Positions 1 through 9,203 of a DNA stretch of 64,000 nucleotides are shown in pieces. Below the pieces are notes generated by a model. It did no database searches, had not been told where the DNA came from, and was given only the letters and a program-made list of their open reading frames with translations. This DNA is from Candidatus Multivorans sp. (GTDB lineage Bacteria; Acidobacteriota; Thermoanaerobaculia; Multivoradales; Multivoraceae): assembly GCA_965224025.1 (NCBI GenBank), contig OZ245033.1, positions 2,464,001 through 2,528,000 of the forward strand. Direction: 5' to 3'. The position numbers were made by a program, and so were the translations under genes. The stretch's first letter is position 1. Each line of letters opens with the position of its first letter.

Positions 1-1
1 G

Positions 2-199
2 ATCGCCGACTTCGTTCGCCCGAACGGCGAACGGGTCGAAGGCCGGGCGGTCGTCCCCGAGTCGCTGGTTCCTCTCACGCGGGAGGGGTTGCTCTCCGGC
101 AGGGACGAACCCCGGGAGGCGGCTCTGGCCTGGATCGCTTCAGAGCTGGACCGGGAGAGTCGCGGTACCGTTGACGGCGGCGGCGCGGCGGAGAGGTGA
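2..199 (+). CDS. C-terminal end of a probable S41-family peptidase (partial, runs off the window)
   Basis: Manual translation of frame 2: IADFVRPNGERVEGRAVVPESLVPLTREGLLSGRDEPREAALAWI...*. This resembles the S41 C-terminal pattern 'xxPxGxxIEGxGVxPD...DxxLxxA'. Confidence 0.6.
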   Translation: MADFVRPNGERVEGRAVVPESLVPLTREGLLSGRDEPREAALAWIASELDRESRGTVDGGGAAER

Positions 200-251
200 C
201 GAAACGCGCGAAGGATGCCGCGGTCGCCTGCTCTCCGAGGAGTGAGCTTGG

Positions 252-845
252 ATGAACGTCGGCCTTTGGAGTGAAGGAGTCGGGCTTGGCCGGTTCGGCG
301 CCGAGGGCGCCCTCGGACCGCCCTGGCTGTGGGTTGTGGCGGGACTGCTGCTGTTGCTGCTGGGTCGACAGCTCTACACCGCGTTGCTGGGGCTACTCGG
401 CTTCTTCGTCAGCTACGGCCTGCTTTCCGATGTGGTGACCCTGCCCAGCGACATGCGGCTGGTGGTGGCGGTGGGCATCGGAGTCGTCAGTGCCTTGCTC
501 GCGTTCATCGTGCGCAAGGTCGCTGTGGCCATGGCGGGCGCGATGCTGGGCGCCGGCGCCGCGCTGTGGGCGGCGGGCTTCTACGGCCTGCAATCGGAAG
601 TCCTGTGGTGGGTGGTGACCGCTGCCGCGGCATTGCTGGGAGCGTGGTTGCTGCGCCAAGTCTTCGAAACGGCGCTGATCGTGGTTTCGTCGTTCATCGG
701 CGCGCTGCTCATCATGGCGGCCGTGGGCCTGGACGGGCTGCCGGCCCACGCGGGCGTCGCCGTGCTGATCGTGGTCGGGGTTGCGTTTCAGATGCGGCGT
801 CGTCGCGGGCAGGAACGCGACGCGAAGAAGGCCTCGGCAAGCTGA
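252..845 (+). CDS. Multi-pass membrane protein (DUF4203-like)
   Basis: 197 aa with about 7 hydrophobic helices and a basic C-terminal tail; GAGGAG upstream. Confidence 0.7.
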   Translation: MNVGLWSEGVGLGRFGAEGALGPPWLWVVAGLLLLLLGRQLYTALLGLLGFFVSYGLLSDVVTLPSDMRLVVAVGIGVVSALLAFIVRKVAVAMAGAMLGAGAALWAAGFYGLQSEVLWWVVTAAAALLGAWLLRQVFETALIVVSSFIGALLIMAAVGLDGLPAHAGVAVLIVVGVAFQMRRRRGQERDAKKASAS

Positions 846-855
846 GGAGTCGGCG

Positions 856-1332
856 ATGAAGGATCGGCCGGGTCGGCGCCGGAGTTGGAATGGCGCCGCG
901 ACGCGCGCGCTGCTGGTGTGCGCCTGCCTGGCCGCGCTGCCGGAAGCCGCGACCGCCGTACAGGCTGAATCGGCCGCGCAGGCCTGCGTGGCCGATGCCA
1001 CCTCCCTGTGCCTGAACGGTGACCGATTCCGCGTCGCCGTCCGCTGGGAGACCGAGAACCGGTCCGGCGACGGCAAGGCGGTGGAACTCACCGGCGACAC
1101 CGGCTACTTCTGGTTCTTCAGCGAGAACAACGTCGAAGCCGTGATCAAGGTGCTGAACGGCTGCGCGATCGGCGACGGCGCCTACTGGGTCTTCATCGGC
1201 GGCCTGACCGACGTCCGCGTCGAACTCGACATCGAGGACGTCGAGTCCGGCGAGTCCAAGACGTACCTCAACGAAGCCGGGAACCTGTTCGTGCCGGTGA
1301 CCGACACGAAGGCGTTCTCGACCTGCGACTGA
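856..1332 (+). CDS. Secreted hypothetical protein with a stand-alone LCL..RF.V..W / GYFWFF..N.E..KVL.GC domain
   Basis: ATG at 856 after GAGGAG; signal peptide; motifs LCLNGDRFRV, TGYFWFFSENNVE, KVLNGC and YWVFIGGLTDV. Confidence 0.75.
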   Translation: MKDRPGRRRSWNGAATRALLVCACLAALPEAATAVQAESAAQACVADATSLCLNGDRFRVAVRWETENRSGDGKAVELTGDTGYFWFFSENNVEAVIKVLNGCAIGDGAYWVFIGGLTDVRVELDIEDVESGESKTYLNEAGNLFVPVTDTKAFSTCD

Positions 1333-1396
1333 AGGTGGGGGGCGGCGCGTCCGAGGAGAAGGTGCGAGGCTTGCGCCTCGCGCGTGTCTTCCGGTA

Positions 1397-1430
1397 CGCC
1401 GGCCTGTAACCGCGGGTCTTCTGACCCGCG
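1397..1430. repeat. REP-like palindrome, family A copy 1
   Basis: cgccggcctgtaaccgcgggtcttctgacccgcg; 33/34 identical to 14664-14697; hairpin cgcgggtc-ttct-gacccgcg. Confidence 0.8.
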
Positions 1431-1472
1431 CAGAGAAATGGGCGATGCCGCGAAGCGGCGAGCCCGTGAGGC

Positions 1473-2702
1473 CTACCTACCTTCAGAGTGCTCTGCCGCC
1501 ACGGCGAGAACCCCCTTGCCCGTCGCCCTGGTGCTCCCCGCGATGGCGGGGAGAAGGACGGCCTGACCGGGCCGCAGCAACTCCGAACCCGAGGCGTTGC
1601 GTACCTCGATCTCTCCCTTGAGAGCGAGGACCATGCGGGCACGACCATCAGGGTTGAGCGGTGCCTCGCCGTCGTTGCCGACCTGCAGGACATCCAATCG
1701 AAAGTCGTCGACCGGCGGCCTAAAGCGGGATCGTGTGCCCCAGGGCTGTTCGTCGACTCGGGGCGCCACCAGGGCGCCGCCGGCGGCTTCGTAGACGAGG
1801 ATGTCGAGCAGCTCTGCGACGTCGATGCGCTTGGAGGTCAGACCGAGGCGGAGCACGTTGTCGGAGTTCGCCATCACCTCGACCGCGGAGCCCGCCAGGT
1901 AGCTGTGTGGCACGCAGGGTCCGGTGAAGAGAGCTTCGCCGGGATCGAGGCGAATCAGGCGCAGGAAGAGCGGTGCGACGACCAGAGGGTCGTCCGGGTA
2001 GTGCCCGGCGATGCGGACGACCCACTGCATCGCCTCCCGGCAGTCTGCGTTGCTCCCGGTCGAGGCGCGGCGGGCCGCGTCGACGGCGGCGGAGGCGAAC
2101 TCGGTCCCGGTGTGCCGGTAGAGCGCTTCGAGCAGCGGTCGATAGGCGGCGGCGCCCGCGGATTCGAGCCAGTGGACGTGCGGCTGGAGTCGTTCGAGGC
2201 CGAGGTCGGCCAGGAGCCGGGCCGCCTCGGCGGCGGGCCGGAAGCCGGACAAGGCGGAGAACGGCGTCAGTGCGTAGAGCAGCTCCGGCTTGTGGTTCCG
2301 GTCGCGGTAGTTGCGGTTCGCTTCGGCGCCGGGTTCGGCGCCGCTGGTTTCGGCGGCGAAGCCGAGGGCGGCCTGCTCGCGATTGGGGTGGGCCTGGATC
2401 GACAGTGGCCGGGCGGCGGAGAGGACCTTGGTCAGGAACGGCAGGGCGGCGCCGGGCTTGCCGGGGCCGAGAACCTCGTCCTGGCGGTCGGCGATCAGCC
2501 GGTCGAGGGGAACTGCGGCCGGAGGCGGACAGGCGAGAGCGACGCCGGCCGGCGCCTCGGGATGGGCGCCGAACCACAGTTCGGCTTCCGGCCGGCCGGT
2601 GGGTTCGCGGCCGCAGAGGCGCGGGATGAAGTCGCGGGTGCCCCAGTCGTAGTGACGCACCTGGGGGATGAGCCGCAGGGGGCGGTCGAGCGGCGCGTTC
2701 AC
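1473..2702 (-). CDS. manA: Mannose-6-phosphate isomerase, class I
   Basis: Motifs YDWG, AELWFGAHP, LPFLTKVLSAARPLSIQAHP, NYRDRNHKPEL, PHSYLAG and EVMANSDNVLRLGLT. Confidence 0.95.
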   Translation of the reverse strand: MNAPLDRPLRLIPQVRHYDWGTRDFIPRLCGREPTGRPEAELWFGAHPEAPAGVALACPPPAAVPLDRLIADRQDEVLGPGKPGAALPFLTKVLSAARPLSIQAHPNREQAALGFAAETSGAEPGAEANRNYRDRNHKPELLYALTPFSALSGFRPAAEAARLLADLGLERLQPHVHWLESAGAAAYRPLLEALYRHTGTEFASAAVDAARRASTGSNADCREAMQWVVRIAGHYPDDPLVVAPLFLRLIRLDPGEALFTGPCVPHSYLAGSAVEVMANSDNVLRLGLTSKRIDVAELLDILVYEAAGGALVAPRVDEQPWGTRSRFRPPVDDFRLDVLQVGNDGEAPLNPDGRARMVLALKGEIEVRNASGSELLRPGQAVLLPAIAGSTRATGKGVLAVAAEHSEGR

Positions 2703-3316
2703 CGGCGCGCCGCCTCATGGGTCCACGAACGGGCGTCGGCTTCGGTATCGACATCCTCGAGCGGCGCCGGCGAATCGAGTTCCACCTCCCGGATGTGCTC
2801 GGCCAGGGAGTCGAGGAGCGGGCGCGCCCCTTGGTCGCCGCGCAGACGCTCCAGATGCCCGAACCACCGCCGGCCGAAGGTGACGGGCGCGCCGCGGCGG
2901 CCGCGGAAGGTCGGCACGACGATCGAGGAGGGGTCGCGGAACGCGCCGAGCAGGCGGTCGATGACGGCGGCGTCGAGCCCCGGTTGGTCCACGGCGAGGA
3001 ACATCGCGCCATCGGCATCCGCCGGGACCGCGGCCAGACCGCGGCGCACGGACCCGCTCTGGCCGCGCTGGTAGTCCGGGTTGTGGACCGCGCGCAGGTC
3101 GAGGTCGGCCACTTCCGCGCCTATCCGCCGCTCCGCGCGGCCGGTGACCAGGACGACCTTCACCAGGTTCGAGGCGAGTGCTTCGCGGCAGACGCGCCGC
3201 ACCAGAGTCTCGCCGTCGATGCGGTAGAGCTGCTTCGGCTCCGTCGCGCCAGTGGCCGTCTCGAACCGGGTCGAGAGCCCGGCGGCGAGCACGATGCCGG
3301 AGACCGGGCTGGTCAT
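2699..3316 (-). CDS. Molybdenum cofactor cytidylyltransferase-like nucleotidyltransferase (MocA/YgfJ)
   Basis: ATG at 3316; motifs GIVLAAGLSTRF, KQL, HNPDYQRGQSGS, DQP, GDQGAR and DVDT; adjacent to XdhC genes. Confidence 0.9.
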   Translation of the reverse strand: MTSPVSGIVLAAGLSTRFETATGATEPKQLYRIDGETLVRRVCREALASNLVKVVLVTGRAERRIGAEVADLDLRAVHNPDYQRGQSGSVRRGLAAVPADADGAMFLAVDQPGLDAAVIDRLLGAFRDPSSIVVPTFRGRRGAPVTFGRRWFGHLERLRGDQGARPLLDSLAEHIREVELDSPAPLEDVDTEADARSWTHEAARR

Positions 3317-4041
3317 CGGTCCGTCGCCGGCCGGCCGTTCCTCACCGCGACGAGCTCGGCGGCGATGGCGAGAGCGATCTCCTCGGGCTTGCGACCTCCG
3401 AGGTCGAGGCCGATCGGCGCATGGATGCGATCGATCAGCTCGGACGACAGGCCGGCCTCGGTGAGCGCTTTGACCCGCTTGCCGTGGGTTCGCCTGGAAC
3501 CCAGGGCGCCGACGTAGCGGACACGGGCTTCGAGCGCCACCTGGAGCGCCGGGTTGTCGAGCTTCTCGTCGTGGGTGAGGAAGACGCAGAACGTGTTGGC
3601 GTGCAGCGGCATCCGCGCTAGGTAGTCGGCCGGCCACTCGACAACGAGATCGTCGGCGTGGGGAAAACGCTCGGCGGTGGCGAAGGCGGAGCGGGCGTCG
3701 ACGACAACGGTGCGGAACCCGAGTTGGCGCGCGAAGTGGACCAGGTGGATCGCGACATGGACCGCGCCGAGGATGAACAACTGGGGCAACGGCTCGAAGG
3801 TCTCGACGAAGATCTCTGCGCCTTCGATCTCGCGCAGACCCGTGGGCGGAAGGGCTTCGCCGTTCGCCAGCGCCGTGGCCGCCCGGTCGAGGCCGGGGTC
3901 GCCCAGCGTTCCCTGGGACCGTCCGTCGTCGGGCCACGCCAGCAGGCGGGCGCCCAGCCCGGCGCCGTCGGCCCCCGTGAAGGACACCACCCGTTCGGCG
4001 GCCAGCAGCGACTGGCGCAGGGACTCGAACCGGGAACTCAT
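3313..4041 (-). CDS. XdhC/CoxF family protein, C-terminal Rossmann part
   Basis: Motifs LFILGAVHVA, LTHDEKLD, YVGALGSRRTH and IHAPIGLDLGGRKPEEIALAIAAE. Confidence 0.9.
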   Translation of the reverse strand: MSSRFESLRQSLLAAERVVSFTGADGAGLGARLLAWPDDGRSQGTLGDPGLDRAATALANGEALPPTGLREIEGAEIFVETFEPLPQLFILGAVHVAIHLVHFARQLGFRTVVVDARSAFATAERFPHADDLVVEWPADYLARMPLHANTFCVFLTHDEKLDNPALQVALEARVRYVGALGSRRTHGKRVKALTEAGLSSELIDRIHAPIGLDLGGRKPEEIALAIAAELVAVRNGRPATDR

Positions 4042-4067
4042 CGGTGGGTGCTCTTGGCCGGTTGGCC

Positions 4068-4382
4068 TCAGCCGTCGATGCGTTCGACCAGCACCTCGAC
4101 CTCACCGCCGCAGGTGAGGCCCACGGACCACGCCTGCTCGTCCGAGATGCCGTAGCTGAGCCGCTTCGGCCGGCCGTCGTGGAGAACCGACTGCGCCTCT
4201 TGGAACACGGCGCCTTCGATGCAGCCGCCGCTGACCGAGCCGCTGATTCCGCCCGCGTCCGAGACCGCCATCTTCGAACCCAGCGGCCGGGGCGAGGAGC
4301 CGACGGTGCGAATCACGGTGGCGACGGCCACTTTCTGGCCGGCAGTGCGCCAGCGGTCGATGTCGGGAAGGATGTCCAGCAC
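4068..4382 (-). CDS. XdhC/CoxI family protein, N-terminal part
   Basis: Motifs ATVIRTVGSSPRPLGSKM, GSVSGGCIE and GLTCGGEVEV. Confidence 0.9.
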   Translation of the reverse strand: MLDILPDIDRWRTAGQKVAVATVIRTVGSSPRPLGSKMAVSDAGGISGSVSGGCIEGAVFQEAQSVLHDGRPKRLSYGISDEQAWSVGLTCGGEVEVLVERIDG

Positions 4383-4441
4383 AGGCGGATTCTACCGGCG
4401 TTCGGTCGTCCGGGCAGCGCTATAGTGCCTGTGGGAGGTAG

Positions 4442-5212
4442 TTGACGATGACGATGCGGCGACTTTGGACGTTCGCAGTTGGAGCGGCCGCGGGGCTGCT
4501 GGTGGTGTTCTTGGTCGGCTGCGCGACGCCCGAGGCGGACCCGGTTGGGGCCGACGCGGACCCGGTTACCGCGCGGAGTCAGCCCGGTACCGGGATGGGG
4601 CTCTACGAGCCGGAGCAGCACGAGCTGTACGACGGCTGGTTCGTGATCACGGGCGGCAGCGTCCACCAGGTCGGCAGCCTGGACGACGAATCGCCCTGGG
4701 ACCATATGGGCGACGACGCCAGCAACGTGGCCCCGGTGGGCGGTGAGATCACGATCGATGTCGACGAGATCGCGAACACCGGCACCTTCCGCGCCGAGTT
4801 GCAGCTTCCCGAGGGGGACTACGTGGTGGAACTCGACCGGTTCCACGAGTTCTCGGAGTGCCAGGACGGGGGCATCGCGGCCTACCTGTTCGAGCACGGC
4901 GATGCCGGCTGCGGCGATTCGAACTGGCCCAAGAGCCTGCTATATGTCGCCGGCTGGGGTTATGGCCGCGCAACGCTGAACGGCGAGGAGCTGTACAGCG
5001 ACTACCAGATCCACTTCATGGTCACCCAGGGCATGCGCGACCGCGAGACGCTGCAGGTGCAGCTCGAGCCCGCCGAGGGTTCTGCCGGTGCCGTGAACCC
5101 GGCGGCCCAGCAGTTGGACTTCTACATCCGCAGCCCCGAGAACAACGACGCGAACCACCCCAACCGCGAGGTCTTCGACCACTTCTTCGCGATGGCGGTG
5201 ACCTGGCAGTAG
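4442..5212 (+). CDS. Hypothetical lipoprotein
   Basis: Lipobox LVGC after a hydrophobic stretch; GGGAGG RBS; typical GC3-rich codon usage. Confidence 0.8.
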   Translation: MTMTMRRLWTFAVGAAAGLLVVFLVGCATPEADPVGADADPVTARSQPGTGMGLYEPEQHELYDGWFVITGGSVHQVGSLDDESPWDHMGDDASNVAPVGGEITIDVDEIANTGTFRAELQLPEGDYVVELDRFHEFSECQDGGIAAYLFEHGDAGCGDSNWPKSLLYVAGWGYGRATLNGEELYSDYQIHFMVTQGMRDRETLQVQLEPAEGSAGAVNPAAQQLDFYIRSPENNDANHPNREVFDHFFAMAVTWQ

Positions 5213-5279
5213 GGGCCGAGAGCGGCTGGGGGTCGGTCGCGGTTGCAACCGGCCGGTCGGGGAGCGTCGTTGGTCGGGT

Positions 5280-5410
5280 GGCGACGGCACTCCTGGCGGC
5301 GGAACCGCGCTGACGATCGCCGCAGCGCGATTCCACGGCATACCGAGATCAACCGGATACTGGCGCGGAAGATCTGCGCGGATCTCGGGGTCGAGCGGAT
5401 CCCCTGAGCC
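5280..5410 (+). pseudogene. 3' fragment of a hicA toxin gene (duplicate of 13118-13248)
   Basis: 131 bp with 6 mismatches to the 3' part of the intact hicA; no start codon or 5' part. Confidence 0.9.
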
Positions 5411-5419
5411 GTTGCGCTA

Positions 5420-6307
5420 TCAGTCGCCGCCGCCGCCGCCGGTGCTCCCGGCTTCTGCGGCCAGCACGTCGGACTCGAGCATCCGCGCGCCGCGCAGCGT
5501 GTTGCCCATCGCGTAGTTGCCCTCGTGGCAGGCGTACTCGTAGACGAGTTCCGGGCGGTTCCTCCAGATGTACTCGCCGGACCAGGCCGTCTGCCAGGTG
5601 GCCGGATCGTCCATCGTGAACCGGTAGAGGATGTCGCCGTTCGGCTGCAGGGTCAGGCGCTCCGTGGCGTGCAGCTCCTGGGTCGATCCGCGCAGGAACG
5701 TCCTGGGGTGGAAGTTCACGGAGTCGATGACCAGGGTGTCGCCCTCCCACCAGCCGATGGAGTCGCCGAGCCACTTCCGCTCTTCGGGACTCGGATGCTC
5801 GGAGTTCAGGCGCACGATGCGGGCGTCGTGGACCATTTCGATCAGGATCATGATGTGGTCTTCGGTCTGCACCGCCCGCTTGTAGTTGTTGTAGCCGCTC
5901 GGAAGCGTCGGCGTGGCGCCGGTGAAACCGACGATGCAGCGCTCGGTGACCGGCAGCGACTCGGGGCCGTCGTAGGGACCGGGGCCCTCGATGTCGAGCC
6001 ACCACGCGGAGCCGTCGTTCGGTCGGCGCAGTTGGTCGCGCGCCGCCCTTTTCGCCTTTGCGGCATCGGTCCTTTCCGGCATGCGGCCGTTCGGCGGGTC
6101 GACGATGATCGACGTCCGGAACTTGCCGTCCACCGAGAAGGCCTCGGTGCCGAAATCGAGCCAGAAGAAGTTGTAGCCGCCCACGTTGCCGGCCAGATCG
6201 GGCCGACCACCGGGAGTGCGCTTGATCTCGTCGTCGGCCGCCAGGGCAGGCGTCGTGATCAGGAGCAGGACTATGGCGATCAGGGCCGCCGGGGCTCCGG
6301 CTTTCAT
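5420..6307 (-). CDS. Secreted hypothetical protein, paralogue B (internally deleted)
   Basis: ATG at 6307 and a signal peptide; highly similar to 6330-7409 (ERCIVGFTGATPT, WLGxSxGWWEGDTLVIDS, YEYACHEGNY) but lacks about 63 aa after PDL. Confidence 0.8.
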   Translation of the reverse strand: MKAGAPAALIAIVLLLITTPALAADDEIKRTPGGRPDLAGNVGGYNFFWLDFGTEAFSVDGKFRTSIIVDPPNGRMPERTDAAKAKRAARDQLRRPNDGSAWWLDIEGPGPYDGPESLPVTERCIVGFTGATPTLPSGYNNYKRAVQTEDHIMILIEMVHDARIVRLNSEHPSPEERKWLGDSIGWWEGDTLVIDSVNFHPRTFLRGSTQELHATERLTLQPNGDILYRFTMDDPATWQTAWSGEYIWRNRPELVYEYACHEGNYAMGNTLRGARMLESDVLAAEAGSTGGGGGD

Positions 6308-6329
6308 TCTGTGTCCACCAGGTTTTCGA

Positions 6330-7409
6330 TCAGTCGCCGCTGCCGGCCCCGGTGCTGGCGGCCTTCGCGGCCAGTGCGTCGGCCTCGAGCACCCGCGCGC
6401 CGCGCAGCGTCCCGCCCATCGAGTAGTTGCCTTCGTGGCAGGCGTACTCGTAGACATTCGCCGGGCTGCGCATCCAGATGTACTCGCCGGACCAGGGGAC
6501 GTCCCAGGTGGCCGGATCCTCGATCGTGAACTGGTAGAGGATGTCGCCGTTCGGCTGCAGCGTGAGGCGCTCCGTGACGTGGGATTCCTGGGTGGCGCCG
6601 CGCAGGACGGCCTTCGGGTGGAAGTTGCGCGAGTCGATGACCAGGGTGTCGCCTTCCCACCAGCCGACCGAGTGGCCGAGCCACTTCCGCTCTTCGGGGC
6701 TCGGGTGCTCGGCGTTCAGGCGCACGATCCGGGCGTCGTGGACCATCTCGATCAGGATCATGATGTGGTCCTCGGTCTGAACCACGCGCTTGAAGTTGTT
6801 GTAGAGGCTCGGGAAGGTCGGCGTGGCGCCGGTGAAGCCGACGATGCAGCGCTCGGTCACCGGAAGCGTCTCCGGGCCGTCGTACGGGCCGTGGCCCTCG
6901 ATGTCGAGCCACCAGGCGGAGCCGTCGTTGGGCCGGCGTAGCCGGCGGCGCTCGGCGGCCCTCGCCTTGCCGGCCTCGGTCATCTCCGGCATGCGGCCGT
7001 TCGGAGGATCGAAGATGATCGAGGTCCGGAACTTGCCGTCGACCGCGAATGCCTCGGTCCCGGCCTCGACCCAGAATCGGTTGTAGCCGCCCACGTTGCC
7101 GGCGCCGCCCGTGGTCCCGTCGCCGCCGACCGGCGGGGGCTTGCGGTTCGGATCGGAGATCTGGTGCCGATCCTGGCGGTACTGGGCCGCATCGGCCTCG
7201 ATCTTCTCGGCGTCTTCCGTAGAGAGGAAGAGGTTCTCGCCGTACTTTTCGGGCCGCTGGAGCGGCGTCAGGGTGCCGGCGTCGAAGGTGCCGGTCAGGT
7301 CGGGCTTGCCGTTGGCGGCGCGTTTGATCTCGCCTTCGGCGGCCAGGGCAGGGGCCGCGAACAGCAGCACGACGAGGGCGGTCAGAGCTGCGGGGACTCG
7401 GACTCTCAC
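6330..7409 (-). CDS. Secreted hypothetical protein, paralogue A (YEYACHEGN family)
   Basis: GTG at 7409 with GGAGG RBS; signal peptide; motifs GKPDLTG, RTSIIFDPPNGRMP and YEYACHEGNY. Confidence 0.85.
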   Translation of the reverse strand: MRVRVPAALTALVVLLFAAPALAAEGEIKRAANGKPDLTGTFDAGTLTPLQRPEKYGENLFLSTEDAEKIEADAAQYRQDRHQISDPNRKPPPVGGDGTTGGAGNVGGYNRFWVEAGTEAFAVDGKFRTSIIFDPPNGRMPEMTEAGKARAAERRRLRRPNDGSAWWLDIEGHGPYDGPETLPVTERCIVGFTGATPTFPSLYNNFKRVVQTEDHIMILIEMVHDARIVRLNAEHPSPEERKWLGHSVGWWEGDTLVIDSRNFHPKAVLRGATQESHVTERLTLQPNGDILYQFTIEDPATWDVPWSGEYIWMRSPANVYEYACHEGNYSMGGTLRGARVLEADALAAKAASTGAGSGD

Positions 7410-7618
7410 TCTGTTTCCTCCAGGGTTTTCAGGGGCTGTCGGGAAGTCTCGGAAACTCTCGAAAAATCTATGTGGATCAAGGGTTTGCGACGTTAACCGG
7501 CCTTCACGTGATACTGTGCGGTTTCGCAGGCTCCCAGCGACAATGTGGGACCCGGTGAGGGACTGGCTGAGGGTCACGGACAAAAAGGAGTATGGGACAC
7601 GGAGGGAGATTCCGTCAG

Positions 7619-8811
7619 ATGCCAAGGAGGAAGCTGACCGCCGCGTTCGTGCGGTCCGTCGACCGGGCTGGAAAGTACGGTGACCAGCACGGGCTCATTC
7701 TACGCGTCCGCCCGACCGGCTCCAAACAGTGGATCTGGCGTGGCACCGTTGCGGGCCGCCGGGTCGATCTCGGGCTGGGTGGCTATCCCTACACGACCCT
7801 GCGCGAGGCCCGCGACCGGGCGTTCGAGTACCGGAGGGCCGCCAGGTCCGGCCGCCACCCGAAGGCGCTCAGCAAGCGCGTCCCGACCTTCTCGGAGGCG
7901 GCCGAGCGCGTGATCGAGATGCACCGCTCTTCCTGGCGGGCCTGCAGCGCCAGCGACGAGGACTGGCGCCGCACGCTACGCCTCTACGCCATGCCCCGTT
8001 TGGGGCGATGCGAGTGAGCGAGATCAGCACGGCGGACATCATGGCGGTGCTGCAGCCGATATGGGGCGCGAAGGCCGTGACGGCAAGGCGCGTCCGACAG
8101 CGGATCGGAGCGGTCATGAGGTGGGCGATCGCGCGGGGCTACCGGGCCGACAATCCCGCAGGCGACGCGGTTACCGCGGCGTTGCCGCGAAACGCAGCGC
8201 AGCCGGAGCACTTCCGTGCGCTGCCACATAACGAGGTGGCGGCGGTGCTGGCGAAGGTGCGGCAGTCGGAGGCCGGTCCCTGTGCGCGGCTCTCCCTGGA
8301 GTTTCTGATCCTGACTGCGGCGAGAGCAGGCGAAGTCCGGCACGCGCGCTGGGTCGAGGTTGACCGAGCCGGCAGGGTCTGGGCGATTCCGGCCTCACGG
8401 ATGAAGGCCAGCCGGGAACATCGCGTTCCGCTAGCGCGACGGGCGCTTGAAGTGCTCGACGAGGTCAGGAACCTCGGGGACGGCTCGCCACTAATCTTCC
8501 CCTCGTCGCATACAGGCAGAACCCTGAGCTCCGGCGTGTGGTGGAAGCTCCTGCGCCGCCTTGACCTCGACTGCACGGTTCACGGATTCCGCAGTTCGTT
8601 TCGCGACTGGTGCGGGGAGAACGGGGTGCCGCGCGAACTCGCCGAGGCTTGCCTCGCCCACGCGATCGGCAACCAGGCCGAAGCCGCGTACGCGCGTTCC
8701 GACTTGTTGGAGCGGCGGCGTCGCGTGATGGAGGACTGGGGTCAGTACGCGAACGACGACCATCTCGATCCTGCTAGCGCTGGAACTACCTCTGCTGTCG
8801 GATTGGACTGA
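7619..8811 (+). CDS. P4-like tyrosine integrase (Arm-binding domain plus catalytic domain), with a frameshift near 8003
   Basis: N-terminus KLTAAFVRS...GLILRV...DLGLGGYP; catalytic residues in TAARAGE, MKASREHRVPL, HGFRSSFRDW, LAH and AYARSDLLERRR. The frame changes in a GGGG run. Confidence 0.9.
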
Positions 8812-9203
8812 GACTATCTGGTACTTAAGTTCAAGAACCAGCCGCTCGGCCGCTTGACCGACGGGGCGGTGGCACGCGATCTTAGTAGCTACCACAAGAC
8901 TAGCCGGCGCTGATCACCCGGCCGTGAGCGGTGCGGGGCGGCCAACTACTGCGTTGGTCTAAGACTGGAGCAGAACCGGCGCCGTGGGGCGCGAAGTGTG
9001 TGTGGGAGCCGAACGGGTCTGTTTCGGCACACTGAGTGGCCGTCGGATAATCGCTGCCGAGAAGAGAGGGCGCGGTTGACCAGTCAAGCGTCTTGCTCGG
9101 CGCTCAGATCCTTCTGGTCAAGGAGGTCAAGAAGATACAGGGCGGAAACGAACTGATCGCCGGCATTGACTCTCATTCCGTGCTGACGAGCATTTACACC
9201 GAT

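Noticed and set aside
7995-8010. Programmed frameshift or phase variation in the integrase (also the penicillin acylase at ~42765 and ~43168, istB, and VWA1 at ~27685)
   Set aside because: Single-base indels, several in short G/C homopolymers, scattered over unrelated genes are best explained by long-read consensus errors or recent decay. There is no consistent slippery motif, and reads are needed to decide.
8812-9203. Possible cargo gene or ncRNA after the integrase
   Set aside because: Only a short start-less frame (QILLVKEVKKIQGGNELIAGID...) cut by the ISL3 end; nothing assignable.
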